This document shows, piece by piece, positions 24,610-38,200 of a DNA stretch of 64,000 bases (the first letter of the stretch is position 1; every line of letters begins with the position of its first letter). The stretch lies in the NCBI GenBank assembly GCA_030141605.1, contig JAQGDQ010000940.1:1-64000 (forward strand), written 5' to 3'. The position numbers and the translations under genes were made by a program. The notes beneath the pieces are model-generated. The model was not told where the DNA came from, made no database searches, and saw nothing but the letters and a program-made list of their open reading frames with translations. The stretch comes from Tubiluchus corallicola. Its lineage: Eukaryota; Animalia; Priapulida.

Positions 24610-25420
24610 TAGCACAAGATTTCCTGTTCCAGTGTCTATCAAGACAAATCTTAAACTAGGCAGGATTGGAGGCTTAAACTACAGTGTCAGGCAGCAGGCA
24701 GCATGTTCCACTCATTAATTACTCGCCTTGCAAATGTGAACCTCCTTCTACTCCACCTTTGGGGAACTGTTCTCTTCTTGATTTTGTAGGGGTGACCTTT
24801 GGTACCATGGTATGTCTGTTGATGGAAAAATATTTCGCTGTTGATGGTTTCTGTACTTTTAGGGATACGAAATGTTTGAATTAAATATTGTTTTTTCCGT
24901 CGATACTTCAGAGTTGTAAGGCCCAGACTGTATTGGTAAATCTTCCTAAATCTTGCAGTATATGGTAAATAAGAAACAGCAGGTACGAGTCTAGTAGCTC
25001 GACGTTGTATTTTTTCAATTTTCCGTTTCATGTCTTGATGACTTGGGCTCACCATAATCCATATAGGGCGAACCATTGATTTGTACAGCTTGGTCATCAT
25101 AGATCCATCAAGATAAGAGAAACTACATTTGAATAAGGTCAGTCTTCCATGTGGTTTACTAACAAAGTTATTTATATGTGTTTGAAAATTAAGCATACTG
25201 TCGATGGTGATACCCAGATCCTTTTCTTCTGTGACACTTATAATTTCTCTAGAACTTTGTCACGTGCCATTTTATATGTACGACCTGCAACATCATACCT
25301 TCCAAGAGCCAGGAGCTTACATTTTTTGGTGCTAAATTCCATTTGTCATTGGCTACATGAGTGATCAGCATAGTTAAGATTATTCTGTGTGATCTCAAAA
25401 TCATTCAGGCAGATAACGCT
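24610..25420 (-). mobile_element. CR1-clade LINE 3' fragment, degenerate
   Basis: Broken-frame motifs QMEFSTKKCK, DLGITID, KLYKSMVRP, IEKIQRRATRLVP, LGLTTLKYRR, TKGHPYK and RVINEWNMLP, typical of the CR1 ORF2 C-terminus. Confidence 0.85.
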
Positions 25421-26189
25421 GAATAAAGTTTGAAGAAATAATCAGAGCATTCATAGTGCACATGTCACTAAGGCAAAATATTAAAAATTACTGTGGCCTA
25501 TCAATAAGATTAAAAATATGTTTTTTTGGTTAATGAGTGTGTCACCCTGGCGTAGTGATGAACATCGAACGTTTGACTTCGTTTTGGATTTTTTTAGTTA
25601 AAACTGGTGCCATTCTTTAAAATTCCCTTTTCTTTCCCTTTAAAACACCAATGTGAAGGTCGTGCAAATACGCGAAGATAACCGTTGGGGCACTGCGAGT
25701 GCGAGAATTTGCAAAATACGCAAGATCTAAACATGAAATTTATTGTTGTTTGATCTCACGTGTTTTTAAAATTAAGTAATTTTTGTAGTTTAACGATTTT
25801 TATAGTGTTCATTTATTGGTTCTTGTAGTTTTCTCAACTTTCAATTTTTTGAGTTCTGACGAGAATAATGGTCTATTTTGCAGTTTAGTTGATTCTTTTT
25901 TAACGCACTCTCACATCTCCTGAAATATCGCTGAAAGCAGGGCTCCAGTAGAGAGATACGTCCTTTATTTGCACACTGATATAAACGGTAATTTTTCTGT
26001 GTGAATTTTTATTACACAGCGCACTCTCCACCAAGCAACTGGCAGGTACTTTTCTGTAGGTGCGAGGCACAACACACTTATTTCTTTGTTGCTTTCTAAA
26101 TTCCATGACGGCAACTGCAACGTCTTTTAAGTTTTATTGTTCTCATTAGTTCTACATTTATTTGCACACGGTTTTGGCTTTGGACTCTT

Positions 26190-26600
26190 GTTTAAATGAA
26201 TTAAATCTTCACACACAAATGGATGCTCTGTTGTCTCCTTTTCCTTCCTACATAGGGACACATCTTATAATCTTTATTCAATCCTTTGAAAATTATTCTT
26301 CTACCATATTTAATTTAATTTTCATCGCAGCACTTGCCTCCTTGACCTCACATTTCCCTATATACTGCTATTTTCCAAATGTTGCCATCTTCAAGAACCT
26401 TAATTTGGTCATTATTTCTATCATTTGTTTGAACTTTTCTGCTATTCTTTCTCTGATTTTTACCTTTACTATTTTCTTCCATTTAGATTTTTTTATCCCT
26501 TGTAACTGTTCTATTTCATATTCAATGTCATTCTTTATCATTATTATTTTAATCTCTTCGTACCAACATTTTTCATAATGTCGTTCTTTCTGTTCTGTTA
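26190..26600 (-). mobile_element. Degenerate LINE ORF2 C-terminal fragment with CCHC knuckle
   Basis: Minus strand reads WYEEIK..KSKWKKIVKVKI..TKLRFL..KIKLNM..(CP)LCRKEKETTEHPFVC, with stops and a frameshift. Confidence 0.6.
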
Positions 26601-28934
26601 AAACTTTCTAAAGAAAAGTTGAAACATACCTCTTATTTCTAAAAAAAATAATTTTAAAAAACTTATTGTTAGTGTAGCGAGAACGGACTAAGATTAAGCA
26701 ATTTCATGAAATATTTTCATTTAGGAGTTAGCAGTGAGTGATATTTTTTACCTATTACAGCATAAATTAACATGTACCAAATTTATGGTAATATTGACTG
26801 GTATTTTTTCTTACAATAGCCAGTAATCACCCAAAAACTTTTTTGCACCTGTAATTAAACTTTTGTTTTTAATAAGTGGCAACTGACTAAGTGACCAACA
26901 GGTCTTTTGCTGCTCCTCAATTACAGTGAAATCGCCACACAATTATTCTTTTGAACAAATGTGAGAAAATAAAATTGAATTGAATTGTCACTTGTATTAG
27001 CATATCACGTGGTACTATTCTTCTAGTTTTTATTTCAGTTGATATAATTTTATTATTTTCATCCCTTGTCTCTTGATTATCAAAGCTGTTAACTGTGTAC
27101 TTGAACTTCTGGCACTGACTTTCACTCTGAGTTCTGGCTGCATGCTTTGTCACTTAATTCTGTAGCTTGATGATAATGATGTTAATGATCTTGATGATGA
27201 AACACACTCTTACACTTAATGTTGTATATTTTACTACTAGTAGTGACTAAACTAGTTTTTTTTTACAATTTCATGCTCAAAATCTAAAACTAGTAAAAGC
27301 TAACGAAAGTTATCCAATAATGAAGATGTAGTTTCAAATATTCATTAACAAGCAAATAGGCTTTGGTTGAAGAGTAAAGGTATTGTTGGGTAATGGGTAT
27401 TGCAAAAACAGTGGTGTTGGTAAACCACGTTTAAAAAGTTTCTGCGGTGGAGCTTTTTGTGACCTATTTTTTCCTGCAGGAAAAGAGTAATTGTGACCAT
27501 GAGTCCTGAAAAATAGAATTATTAAAATAATTCAAATGCTGAAGGTTGGAGATATCTGTTAACTTTTCTAAGTAAGGTTGCAGTTTACAGGGAAACAATT
27601 TTTTTGGTAAAAAAATACTCAAGTAAAAAATTATAATATATGTAGTTATAAGCAATGTTTTGCATTTGGGAGTCTCCAGATAAAATATTACTAGCAGCAG
27701 CAAAAGGCGAGAGGTGCTGAGGGCATCTTAAAGTAAAGTAGTGATGAAAGGTTTTTAATGTGGCATCAGGGCTTTCAATGTGCAAGGCAATGCTTATTGA
27801 GCAAGAGAATTCATAATTAACTACAGAACAGGAGCGTCGAGATCAACAAAACGGTTTTGTCATCTGTCAACTGGGGTTAAGGTAAATGACTGAGGCTTCA
27901 GCCATGCAGGTGTGACTGCAGCACTCCATACAAGGTTGGATAATTGACTTGTAAGCAGTGAAATATAGCAGTAGGAATTAGATATTTACAAGCGTCAACC
28001 AGATATCCCACATTTTTCAGTATGTTCTAATATTTCTGTTGGATATTTCTGGAGCTCATGTTAGATTGCAACATGAGTCAAAGCCAAGCCAATGAAGTTC
28101 AGTAAAATTATTTGACTAATGAGGAAGACCAAAATAATACAGCATTGTGCTTCGATTTAGATAGAATCAAGGCAATTTTGGCCCCCTGGAGGTCAAAGCC
28201 AATTAAATATCTTCTTAAGGCAGATGGTTTCTGCAGATTTCTTGATAAATACTATATACAGAGTAGTACCAATAGCACAGATGGCATATTTAGATAGTAT
28301 AGGATCTGATTAATCATTTATGGACAGTATCTAGAAACACAGAGCTACTGACAGACGTTTCCTTTGATCTAATATACAGAAGAAGATCTGGTTTTCATAA
28401 ACAATTTGTAATGGGGACTGTCACCTCATTGAGAAATGAGTTAATGTAATGTTACCTGATTTAGCACAGATTTATTATAGCATGAGGCAGTAATTCTCAT
28501 CCTCCACCCTGGCAACCTCATGTAACAGTAGGAAGGCAGGATAATGATTGCACAGCCCGAACAGTGCAGCACTTTGCTTGGAAATAGTAGCAAACGAAAA
28601 GTTAGCATGTTACAGTACAATGAAAATATTGGTGAAAATAGGGAGTGCTTCAGTTCCACAATGCCTAATGATGAATTCTATAGCACTTACATTTTAGCAT
28701 TATAGAGTTCAGTGGTGGTTACAGATGAACTGCCATCAGTTGGTTAAGTATTGCAGCTGCACAAAGCAAAAACTTGTTTGTGCACAATCAATGTGATTGT
28801 CATTTTAAAGCAGCATTTGAAGAATAATAAAGTAAATATCATTGGGCCCACTGAGTAGTGAGTCGAAATATTAATTACATGTATGAAAATGAGAGGCATT
28901 TTAATTGACAACTGGCATTTTACTAAAATTACAG

Positions 28935-30143
28935 ATGGATAGACAAAGCAATAAAGTTACCATTACTGGAAAGCATAAAGATATTAATGATTCACACAAT
29001 GTTGATGCACCAGCTGCCGAACAACGAAGCATCAAGCTTCTTTCTATTCTTCTTATGCGTCCATTTGATTTACCAGAGGAAGATAGATTTGGAAAATGCC
29101 GGCCTGTGACCGAGTTTGAAAAATTGGAACGTATTGGAGAAGGCACATATGGAGTTGTTTACAGAGCGAGAGATATAAAATCTGATCATATTGTTGCGCT
29201 GAAGAAAATGCGCATGGAAAGGGAGAAAGATGGAATTCCAATTAGTGCCCTGCGTGAAATAAACATATTACTAAACACTAGACACGAAAATATCGTTCAG
29301 TTAAAGGAGGTTGTTGTGGGGAAAAGCTTAGATAGTATTTTCTTAGTAATGGAGTATTGTGAGCAGGATCTTGCCAGCCTGTTAGACAATATGTCTTCTC
29401 CATTTTCTGAGGCTCAAGTGAAATGTATAATGTTACAGGTTTTCAGCGGACTTGAATATTTGCACAGAAATTACATTGTACATAGGGACTTGAAGGTATC
29501 CAACTTGCTCATGACCGACAAGGGTTGTGTTAAGCTAGCTGATTTTGGATTAGCCAGAAAGTTCGCACTTCCCATGGATGCAAAATATCCAATGACACCA
29601 CGTGTAGTCACTCTGTGGTACCGAGCACCGGAACTACTACTCGGAGCTAAAACTCAGACTACTGCTATCGATATATGGGCAGCCGGGTGCATTTTGGGCG
29701 AGCTTCTTGCACACCGACCTCTTCTGCCCGGCAAATCCGAGATCCATCAAATTCAGCTGACTGTGGAATTACTGGGAACTCCAAGTGATCAGATATGGCC
29801 TGGTTTTTCCCGTCTTCCTGTGCTAGAGAACTTCACGTTAAAACAGCAACCTTATAATAATTTGCGCCACACTTTTCCCTGGTTGTCTGAGGCAGGCTTA
29901 CGGTTGTTGAATTCGTCATTCATTTATGATCCTAGAAAGCGTGCAACTGCAGAGGATTGCTTGGATAGCTCGTATTTTAAAGAGCCGCCTTTTCCTGTCG
30001 AGCCAGAACTTATGCCTTCGTTTCCTCAGCACAGACTTAAGCGCTCGTCTGCATTCGTCAGCGGAGATGGAACGAAGCACAGTTCAGAATCTTCTCAGAA
30101 AGATATCATTGGGCCACATTTGCCTTCCAAGCGGAAAAGATGA
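28935..30143 (+). CDS. CDK10: Cyclin-dependent kinase 10, single coding exon (402 aa)
   Basis: [65 protein letters not shown] and PELMPSFP. The first ATG (28935) directly follows a splice-acceptor-like TTTTACTAAAATTACAG. Confidence 0.95.
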   Translation: MDRQSNKVTITGKHKDINDSHNVDAPAAEQRSIKLLSILLMRPFDLPEEDRFGKCRPVTEFEKLERIGEGTYGVVYRARDIKSDHIVALKKMRMEREKDGIPISALREINILLNTRHENIVQLKEVVVGKSLDSIFLVMEYCEQDLASLLDNMSSPFSEAQVKCIMLQVFSGLEYLHRNYIVHRDLKVSNLLMTDKGCVKLADFGLARKFALPMDAKYPMTPRVVTLWYRAPELLLGAKTQTTAIDIWAAGCILGELLAHRPLLPGKSEIHQIQLTVELLGTPSDQIWPGFSRLPVLENFTLKQQPYNNLRHTFPWLSEAGLRLLNSSFIYDPRKRATAEDCLDSSYFKEPPFPVEPELMPSFPQHRLKRSSAFVSGDGTKHSSESSQKDIIGPHLPSKRKR

Positions 30144-30724
30144 ACATTCATACATATTGTAGAAATTTTTCTCTCATCAAATTTTTAAAAAGTTTTGTTA
30201 CTTACTAGTTAATACACGTATTCTTCAAAAATGACCTTTCTCCATTACTATTTTTAACTGCATCTTTCTCGCAAACTTTGCAGGTTTTTAGTTTAGAGGT
30301 ACCAGAAACTTTGTAAAAGGCAGTTTTTTGTTTGTTTTGTGGTACTTTACAGTTTTTTTGTTATAAAAAAATAATGTGTAGACGTTTGTAAATTTTATCC
30401 AAATTTTTTAATACACTCTGCAGCAATTTTGTATTAGAAAAATGTATATGCTTTGTATATTAGCTAGCACACTAATATTTGCTAGCTTTAATAATTGTTA
30501 TTTTTGTATTGTATTATTGTACATAATTGTCTCATTATTTAAAAGAACAACAGTCGGGAACTACCCCGTTATTTCTGAATCATAATTTGTCGAATTGAAG
30601 AACATAAAATGTATGTAGTTACTTAAAATTATAGACAAATAGTGTTATATGATACAACAACAAACAATGTTTGAGTAGGAATGACTGATGATGCTATTAT
30701 AAACCTCTTGGTTGCAGGTTGCAC

Positions 30725-32377
30725 ATGGCTGTTTCTCACCAACTGGCTCGTTTGTTGTTTCCATTCAACTGCCGAAGTGCTTTGCAGTACATGCTGCGAG
30801 TTTGCAGTGCAAGCAGTGTTAAGCATACATTACAGGCTCATTCCTATCTACAGTGCAAATCACATTTATATCAAAGCAGACATATTTGTGATAGCGAGGC
30901 AACTCAAACGGGAAGATATCAAATTATAACAGATGATGCTGAGACAAATACTAACATTCTTTCTGGTGACATCATTGATAACATTTTCAGAGCTGTGAAA
31001 GATATTGATACAATGAAGAATGCAAAGCAACAAGATGTTATAAAAATAGTGCAAACATGTCTTCTATATTATGCAATTTCTAGAGAGGAATTTGTGAAAT
31101 TGTTTACTCACCGCCCTGATTTAGTTTTTCACCCACTAAAACAATGGGCAGATGTCTTGAAAATTCTAGCGGACTATGGTTTCTCTAAGCAGCAGGTGCT
31201 TAATATTTTATCAAGCTATCCCACAGCATTAAAACTGAAGCGACCACAAATTGTGGCAGTGGTTGAACAGTTGCAAAAATGTGACTTTCGTGACGGTGAT
31301 TATCAGTGTGTTCTTTCTGATAATCCGCTTGTGTTTGAACTGAGCGCTAAAGATATAGACCTCCGGATAGCAGAGCTTATGAACATTTTTACTAAAACTG
31401 ATATAGTATTACTAACATTGAAACTGCCAAGTATCCTTACCGATGAGTGGTCAAGTATAGAAGCCAAGGTACACTATATACTGTTCAACATGAATATTAC
31501 GCAGAATGCTATGCTGAAATCTCGCGTTTTTGAGGTAAGTGCACAGTTATTGCTACTGTACTAAAGGCCACATAAAGTTATTAAATTGGTTTATAGGCAC
31601 TTTTTCATAGAAAATTGTTTAGCAGTTTTTAGGCACAGTGTTTATGTTAAACTTGGTTTGATGGATCACGGCGGGTCACAACCCTTTTTCTGTTCATGAA
31701 GACAGTTGGGACAAAGAAATCAAAATAGGCAACGCTTACGGTACTATATATATATGGTTATTGATACTGTCGTTATTAATGCATTGACTTGTTTTCTTCA
31801 TAAACCATAGTGTTTTTAAAAAACTGCAACATTTACGTGATGCGTTTACATTTACTGAAAACTAAACAGATTGCATTATGTCATAAGAAATTAGCATTTA
31901 CAAGTGAAGTGATTTTTGATAAACTACTGCACATGATTACAGAATTGGCAAGTGGCAATTTTATTTAGCTAAGGGCTGAAAGAACTCGACATTTCATTAT
32001 CATCATAAGTCTGAAATAACATTATCTTATATTATAACGTTATAATCTTATATTTTCAGTGTTCTTTGGATCACATTCACCAGAGGCATGAATTTTGTTT
32101 GCGAGCTGGTCTTTTCAAACCCCCTGACCCCAAAAGGCGAATACCTAGCAAGAACCTACCTCTGCGGCAGATGGTGGACACTAATGATTCGGAGTTCTTA
32201 GCCAGGGTATGTAAAGGCGTATTTACAATGCAAGAATATCGCGTGTTTTGTAAAATGCTAAAAAGAGAGAGCGATGAAGACTTAATGCATGTGAATTTAA
32301 ATACACATACGGATCAAGAAGAACTAATAGATCAGTATACTGCAAAAGCGAGCTACCACAAGAAAAGAAGAAAGTAA
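30725..32377 (+). CDS. MTERF4: Mitochondrial transcription termination factor family protein, MTERF4-like (2 coding exons, ~375 aa)
   Basis: Exons 30725-31534 (GAG|GTAAGT) and 32060-32377 (TTTCAG|), phase 0. The basic N-terminus resembles a mitochondrial presequence. mTERF-like repeats (HRPDLV, SYPTAL, DNPLVF, KLPSIL) are followed by HIHQRHEFCLRAGLFKPPD..DSEFLARVC..EYRVFCKML. Confidence 0.82.
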
Positions 32378-35226
32378 AAAACACTTAATGATAATATTAT
32401 CTCATGTAAATGACATTTTATTGTATAAAGATGAGTTATAACACATTTCAAGCAAATTGCGGTACTTACTAGTGGTTTTTTTATTGCTTTCTTGTTGATA
32501 TGCATGTAATTTAAATAATTTGTGACAGTTGTGGAATTCTGTTAGTCATTTTAACAGTTGAGTTATATCCTAAGAATGTAACACTGTACAATGAACAGGT
32601 AATCATTTAATCGCTATATCTAATCATTTCAGTGTTTGTTCACTGGTATGAGCCTAATTTTTATAAACGACTCTTCCTCGATGACCTACACACATTTTCA
32701 TTTTGCATACTATAAACAACATTACATCTTCAATTATAGCAGTAATTGTCGTGCATAATGAGTACGAATGCTTTTAAGTTTTCAAAAAATTACAATGATC
32801 TACGTAAAGTTATGGTAATACAAGATGAAACGGTAATAAAGAACATGAATGCATAGCGCATGTGCTTACCATTATTTGAAACATATAATGCACGGAAAAA
32901 ATAAAGGCATTAGCAATTATAAGGCACCGTCCTGACTTCCACAAATGAACAGGTAAAAATAAAGAAGAAACATGTCAAATAAACAGATCAATATGTACAA
33001 ACTAAATCATGCTGGCAAACAATTATAACCACATGTATGAGTAATAATTAGATTTTAATATTCTTAACCGCTAAACAAGGTTCTCAATACATTATATGGA
33101 TAAGTGGCACTAACATAGGTTTTGAAACATCAGCTAAGCTACTAATTACAGAAAAATCCACAAAGAAAATAATTTACTACCCTTGTGAATATCTAATAAA
33201 TTCATATCAGTAGGTATTTACAAAAAAAGAAGAGAGTAAAAACAGTTCTTTGTTCTTTTGTTAATTTATGAAGTGTTTGTATAAAAGACATCTCTAGAGA
33301 CAAAACTCACATGAAAAAGTCACCTGTGCATTTAAAGTATTAATCTGAAGTTTGCTAGTATTGAATAAACAGTGGTGAGAAATTGGAGCATGCCTTTAAA
33401 GTCATGCATAACAGTCCATTAAAGTTAGCTTTTAAAGAAGCACTGCAGAAAGAAACTGCAAGGACAGCTACTGACTTAATCAATTTCATCCAAAAAGATC
33501 TTATAAATACACCATTGGATATCAAAAATATAAAGATATGAGAGAGTAGCATGGAGTAAAGTGATCAGGCGGGTCATGTCAAACGACGTGTGACTCTAGA
33601 GATGATGATGATGGAGCAATGCCTTTAGCGCCCATTCCGTTGGTTTACTGGGGGCCAAACACAATAAGAGTATCATAAATATGACAAAAGCTTGGGAATC
33701 ATTGGGGAATAAATGTACAAGCTTCACACAAAACAAGTACATGTATTAACAAAATATATAATACCAGTAACATAAAAACCTATTAGCACCATTCATTAAG
33801 AGATGGTATAAAATCAAAATTTTCTCACAAGTACTGCGCCATATAAAACAAAAAACACAAAAACGTCAAAATTTTAGAGTAATCATGGGCATCTCTACCC
33901 AAAAGCGTAAAAACTTTGCTAGTCCCTTAAAACCTTTACACATACGTGGAGGTAATTGCGGTAAATAGACGCACAAAAACACATTTAAATTTTAATGCAA
34001 AAGATTTTCTAATTACATTTTAATGCAAAAAACACTAATTACATTTTTACACTCCAACAGACACTGCAGCTTAAACAACTAACAATGAACACGGTTTCAA
34101 GTGCTTGAAAAGCTGGAACATCCATCCCATTCTCCTTCACAATGGGGCATTCTTCAATTTAAAGCTTAGTAGCTAAACATTACTAGTTTAAAAGTGTGTT
34201 AGTCAGAAATTTTAGCTTTTCTTATAAAATGATTTTGTTACAAGCAGTGAATATGTCATAATTTAAAATGAATTTTTCTAGTAAGATTTGCTATTAGTTA
34301 AGTTGATGATGTTTTTATTGTATACTTTATAGGAAGAAGCTTCTGCTCTGAGCTAATATTTGTTGAAAAACTTTCTGACATAAAAAGGAAAGCATTGTCA
34401 TCTTATTTTAAATATGGAACAAAGTTGCTCACAACTTCTACAATACTTAAAATTATTAAAAAAACTGTACACCAAATGCAGTTATGATACAAGATAGATA
34501 CACCAAGAACAAATCACTTGCTGTATACACTAAAATAATCAGGAACTGTTGTATCTAAAAAATTAAGATAGGAGCCTCTAGTGTACAAAGTTAACCGCCT
34601 ACTCCTAAGTTCCAATTAAGTACTGTTAAAGCTGATAACACGGCTAAATTAAACTACATAGGAACGGGAAATAAAGTTCACTGCTGAGAGATTCTACCTG
34701 CAATAGGGGTACACTGCAAACTAGCAAGTAGGTAGGCAGATGGTGCTTCTACTTTATTTATCATTCTCTGCCACACATTTAGGCAAGTGTATGCAACATT
34801 GCTTCATAGCAGCAATCAAGTTTCTTGCTTACATACATGGATTTTCTTGCCTACATACATGGATTTTTGTGATGGTTAGCTTGAAAGTTATATGTTGTTG
34901 AATTTTTGCTACATATGGCCTACTAAAAAAAGTCTTTGCTTTCCCAGCAAGCAAAAAGCAAGTAAAATGCAATAAACATTAATAAAAATAATAAGAAAGT
35001 AATGCACCCCTGAACTATAAGCATTATCCTACGCTGTCAGCTAGATTACATACATAAGAAAAACAGTTTTCGCATATATGGTACTGTAAGCATAGTCAAT
35101 ATGGTTACAGGTGTGCCTTGAATCATTTGGAAAGAATTTAAAAATGACAGTTTTATATAAACCTGCCTAAATGTGTGGCTCTTTACTGAAAAAACACCAC
35201 CTGCCGCATGATCTCCCAGCTAAGAA

Positions 35227-38200
35227 TTAGAAAAAAGCTATAAGTATTACTATGGTTAGAATTCCAAAAATACGACTCCTGGTATCGTCTGCTCCATTTG
35301 AATCATCTAGAAGTAAATAAATCATAATGACAATAAATAAAATTAATAACTCTGCATAGTAATAGTAATTTATTATTGGCAGATAAAGCATATCTTGTCA
35401 AGCAACTTTTAACTTATAAATCATGGAATAAACTGAAATTTGAAATGTACAAAATTAGAAGTTTTGTGAACTTACCTCCAGTCCGTGACTTGTTAGCAGG
35501 AGGCGGTGTTGGTATTTCTTTGCCAACTAAAATACAAAAAACTTGTTTGATGCTAAAAGTTAGCCAAATCTGACGGGTTTGACAAACGGTAGTACAAGAT
35601 TTTTGCTTGTGAGTGAATTACTCTGTTCAGTACACAACATATACTGTAGTACACAAATAATGCCTAATTTGAAGTCAATGGGGATTCGTAACCATGAGGG
35701 TTGTTATCACTAACACTATTTCCTGTTTCTGGTGACCACAAGAAGCTTTATTATAAACCACAAGAAGTTCCAATATATGTGAATGATTACTAGTAAGACT
35801 AAATACACACAGGCATGCAGACCAGACTCAAGTAAGCATCACTTGACAATTCTTAAAAACAATAAATATGCAACATCAATTATTCCCATAATTATGTGTA
35901 AGTAAATGTCACTAAGTGATCACATTTCCCTACTGTCTAGCATGAATGCAAGTTCCATAGGTTTCATAATAACTTCATGTGATGCCGACTATGAATCCAT
36001 TACTGACTGGTCATGTGACACTGTTTTTACAAATTACAAAATTTGTTTAACTTGTCAACGGGCATAGACAATATTTTACCTGTTATGAAACAAATCTATT
36101 TTCTGTCTCATGGCACTATTTTGATGAATTGTACAGTTTATTAGAAAGCTGGTGTATAATAAACATAATAAAATGCTTCATCTATCATGGTGAAATAACA
36201 TAGCAATGAATATTTTCTTTAGATTTAGTTTTTAAATTCTTTTTCCATTGACAAGTGTTATGCACTTGGTTAAATTGTTTACTATTTGCAAACAATTTAA
36301 TTAACCTGAATTGTTTACTATTTGCAAACAATTTAATTAACCTGTTTGCACAGTTTAAAAGATCACCATAACAAGTTAAATTTGCAGTCTTGGTGGCATA
36401 ATTTTCAGTGCTGCAATAAACAATTTGTCAAGCTACGTACCTTCTAACGTTACAAACTCATATACATCACTGGAAACCTTTCCATATTTATTTTCTGCAT
36501 AAATCATTACTTGATATGGTGTTGTGGCAGCTAAATCAGTGAGTTGATAGGCTGAGTCATGGAAAGCACCTTTGCTACTGCTTCCTGGAATTTCTAGTTC
36601 TAACCACTCATCCTCCGCTAGCGTACTGTTGGGCTACAAAAAACCGATCATTAAAATGCCTTTGTACAGAAGTCTGGTTGTTTTAAATACATTAATATTA
36701 TATACAACAACTAACAATTAGCAATATATGAACTGGATAAAATAAGAATACTTGTTTTTTTAACCTACCCCATTATCTCTGTACTTGATTTTATAGTTTT
36801 TAATAGGCGAGTATGACTTTGTTGACCATCGCAGTAATATCGTATCATCTTTGAATGCAGCACTGCCCTCTTCATCAAACTCTATGAAGTCTGGTTCCGC
36901 TGAAAACATATTATTCAGTTCAGCAGATTTATTTCCTTGGTAGATGAACAACTACAGCAAAACTGTAAAACTTAGTTAGCTACAGGTGTTTTTACATAAC
37001 TAGAACCTCAGCAATGATGATGCTGTAAGTCCTGTGACTCTCATACTTGCACCATGAGGATCTTGGCATTTGACGCAAGATTATTCTTTTTGGCCAAATT
37101 TTGTTCATAAATTCTTGTAGACAATAAAGGTATGCAAAAGCACTTGTTTTCCAGTTGTGTCTCCTGGTCAAACAAGATCAAAGAATTTTGTACTGCAAGT
37201 TTCATACAGCTGCATTTTTGGTCATATTTGGCAATTTTTACCTTTGCCCCAGGGCCACCGAATGTCATCAGCCAAAATTTCTCACCTATCATCTAGCACC
37301 TACACTTGATATTTTGTGGGACAAAACCTGCTTTTATAATACTATGGTTGCAATTGTTCAAAGCTGGGTCCTCCTTCCCTGAGTAGGGAATAATACATTT
37401 TTGTCATAGCTGGTTGCCAAAAAGTGATGGTAGTTGTAATTCCTTGCATTGAACTAACTCAGAATTCCCCACTGTGCAGCTGTTGAGGTTTCTACCTGTT
37501 TACCCTGCTCTAGATATGTCCTCCTGATGACCTTTGGCATTGATCAACATCTTGTCCCAAAGTTACCCCATACCAAAAATCTCAAGACTACTCCAAGTAG
37601 GACTGGTATAACTGGCTTGAGCCCATATTCTGAGCAATGTTGCACGATGACATAAGATCCTCAGACTTTAAAAGTCAGGGGGGTAAATGTGAATTCAACT
37701 AATTTTTTAATAACACAAGCCACAAAAGAAACACAGAATTACATAAACTATACAGTCGTACCTGAGAGTTGTACAACAGCTTCACTTTTTCCATGTTTGT
37801 TTTCGCCAATACATGTGTAAGCAACAATGTCTTTCTCCGTTATTTCTTTAATAACAAGGACATGTGTTGTGACTGGCCCTTCTTTCTCTTCTATTTCCAT
37901 GCTTATTCTACGAATGATACAGAATCAAAGCTAAACTTTTTATTTATTTTTTTTATCCTAAATTATGAAAGCATTTTCTAAACTTTACTTAAAATAACTA
38001 TTTAATTATCTTTACTACAACAATCACCTATTATCAGCTTTAATTTCAGTTAGGCCATCGTCTGTTGATGAACCACGCACCCATCGCACCTCAGCATGTG
38101 GATTTGACTCAATTACACACAAAATTTCAACATTTACACCTTCTCCAGTGTGAATAGATTCCTCTGGCATGTTAACTTCGGGTTTAACTGAAAGTGAAAT

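Noticed and set aside
26162-26578. 138-aa hydrophobic ORF as a membrane protein
   Set aside because: It is the antisense shadow of an A-rich LINE fragment.
28905-28934. ORF-track start for CDK10, and similar TTG starts at 17698, 30719 and 32066
   Set aside because: These are bacterial-style TTG starts; splice acceptors and ATGs explain the real structure.
33540-33660. Alternative last exon of the IgSF gene
   Set aside because: The phase-1 frame stops after 7 codons, and exon 35227-35306 already supplies a good GPI signal; more likely 3' UTR.
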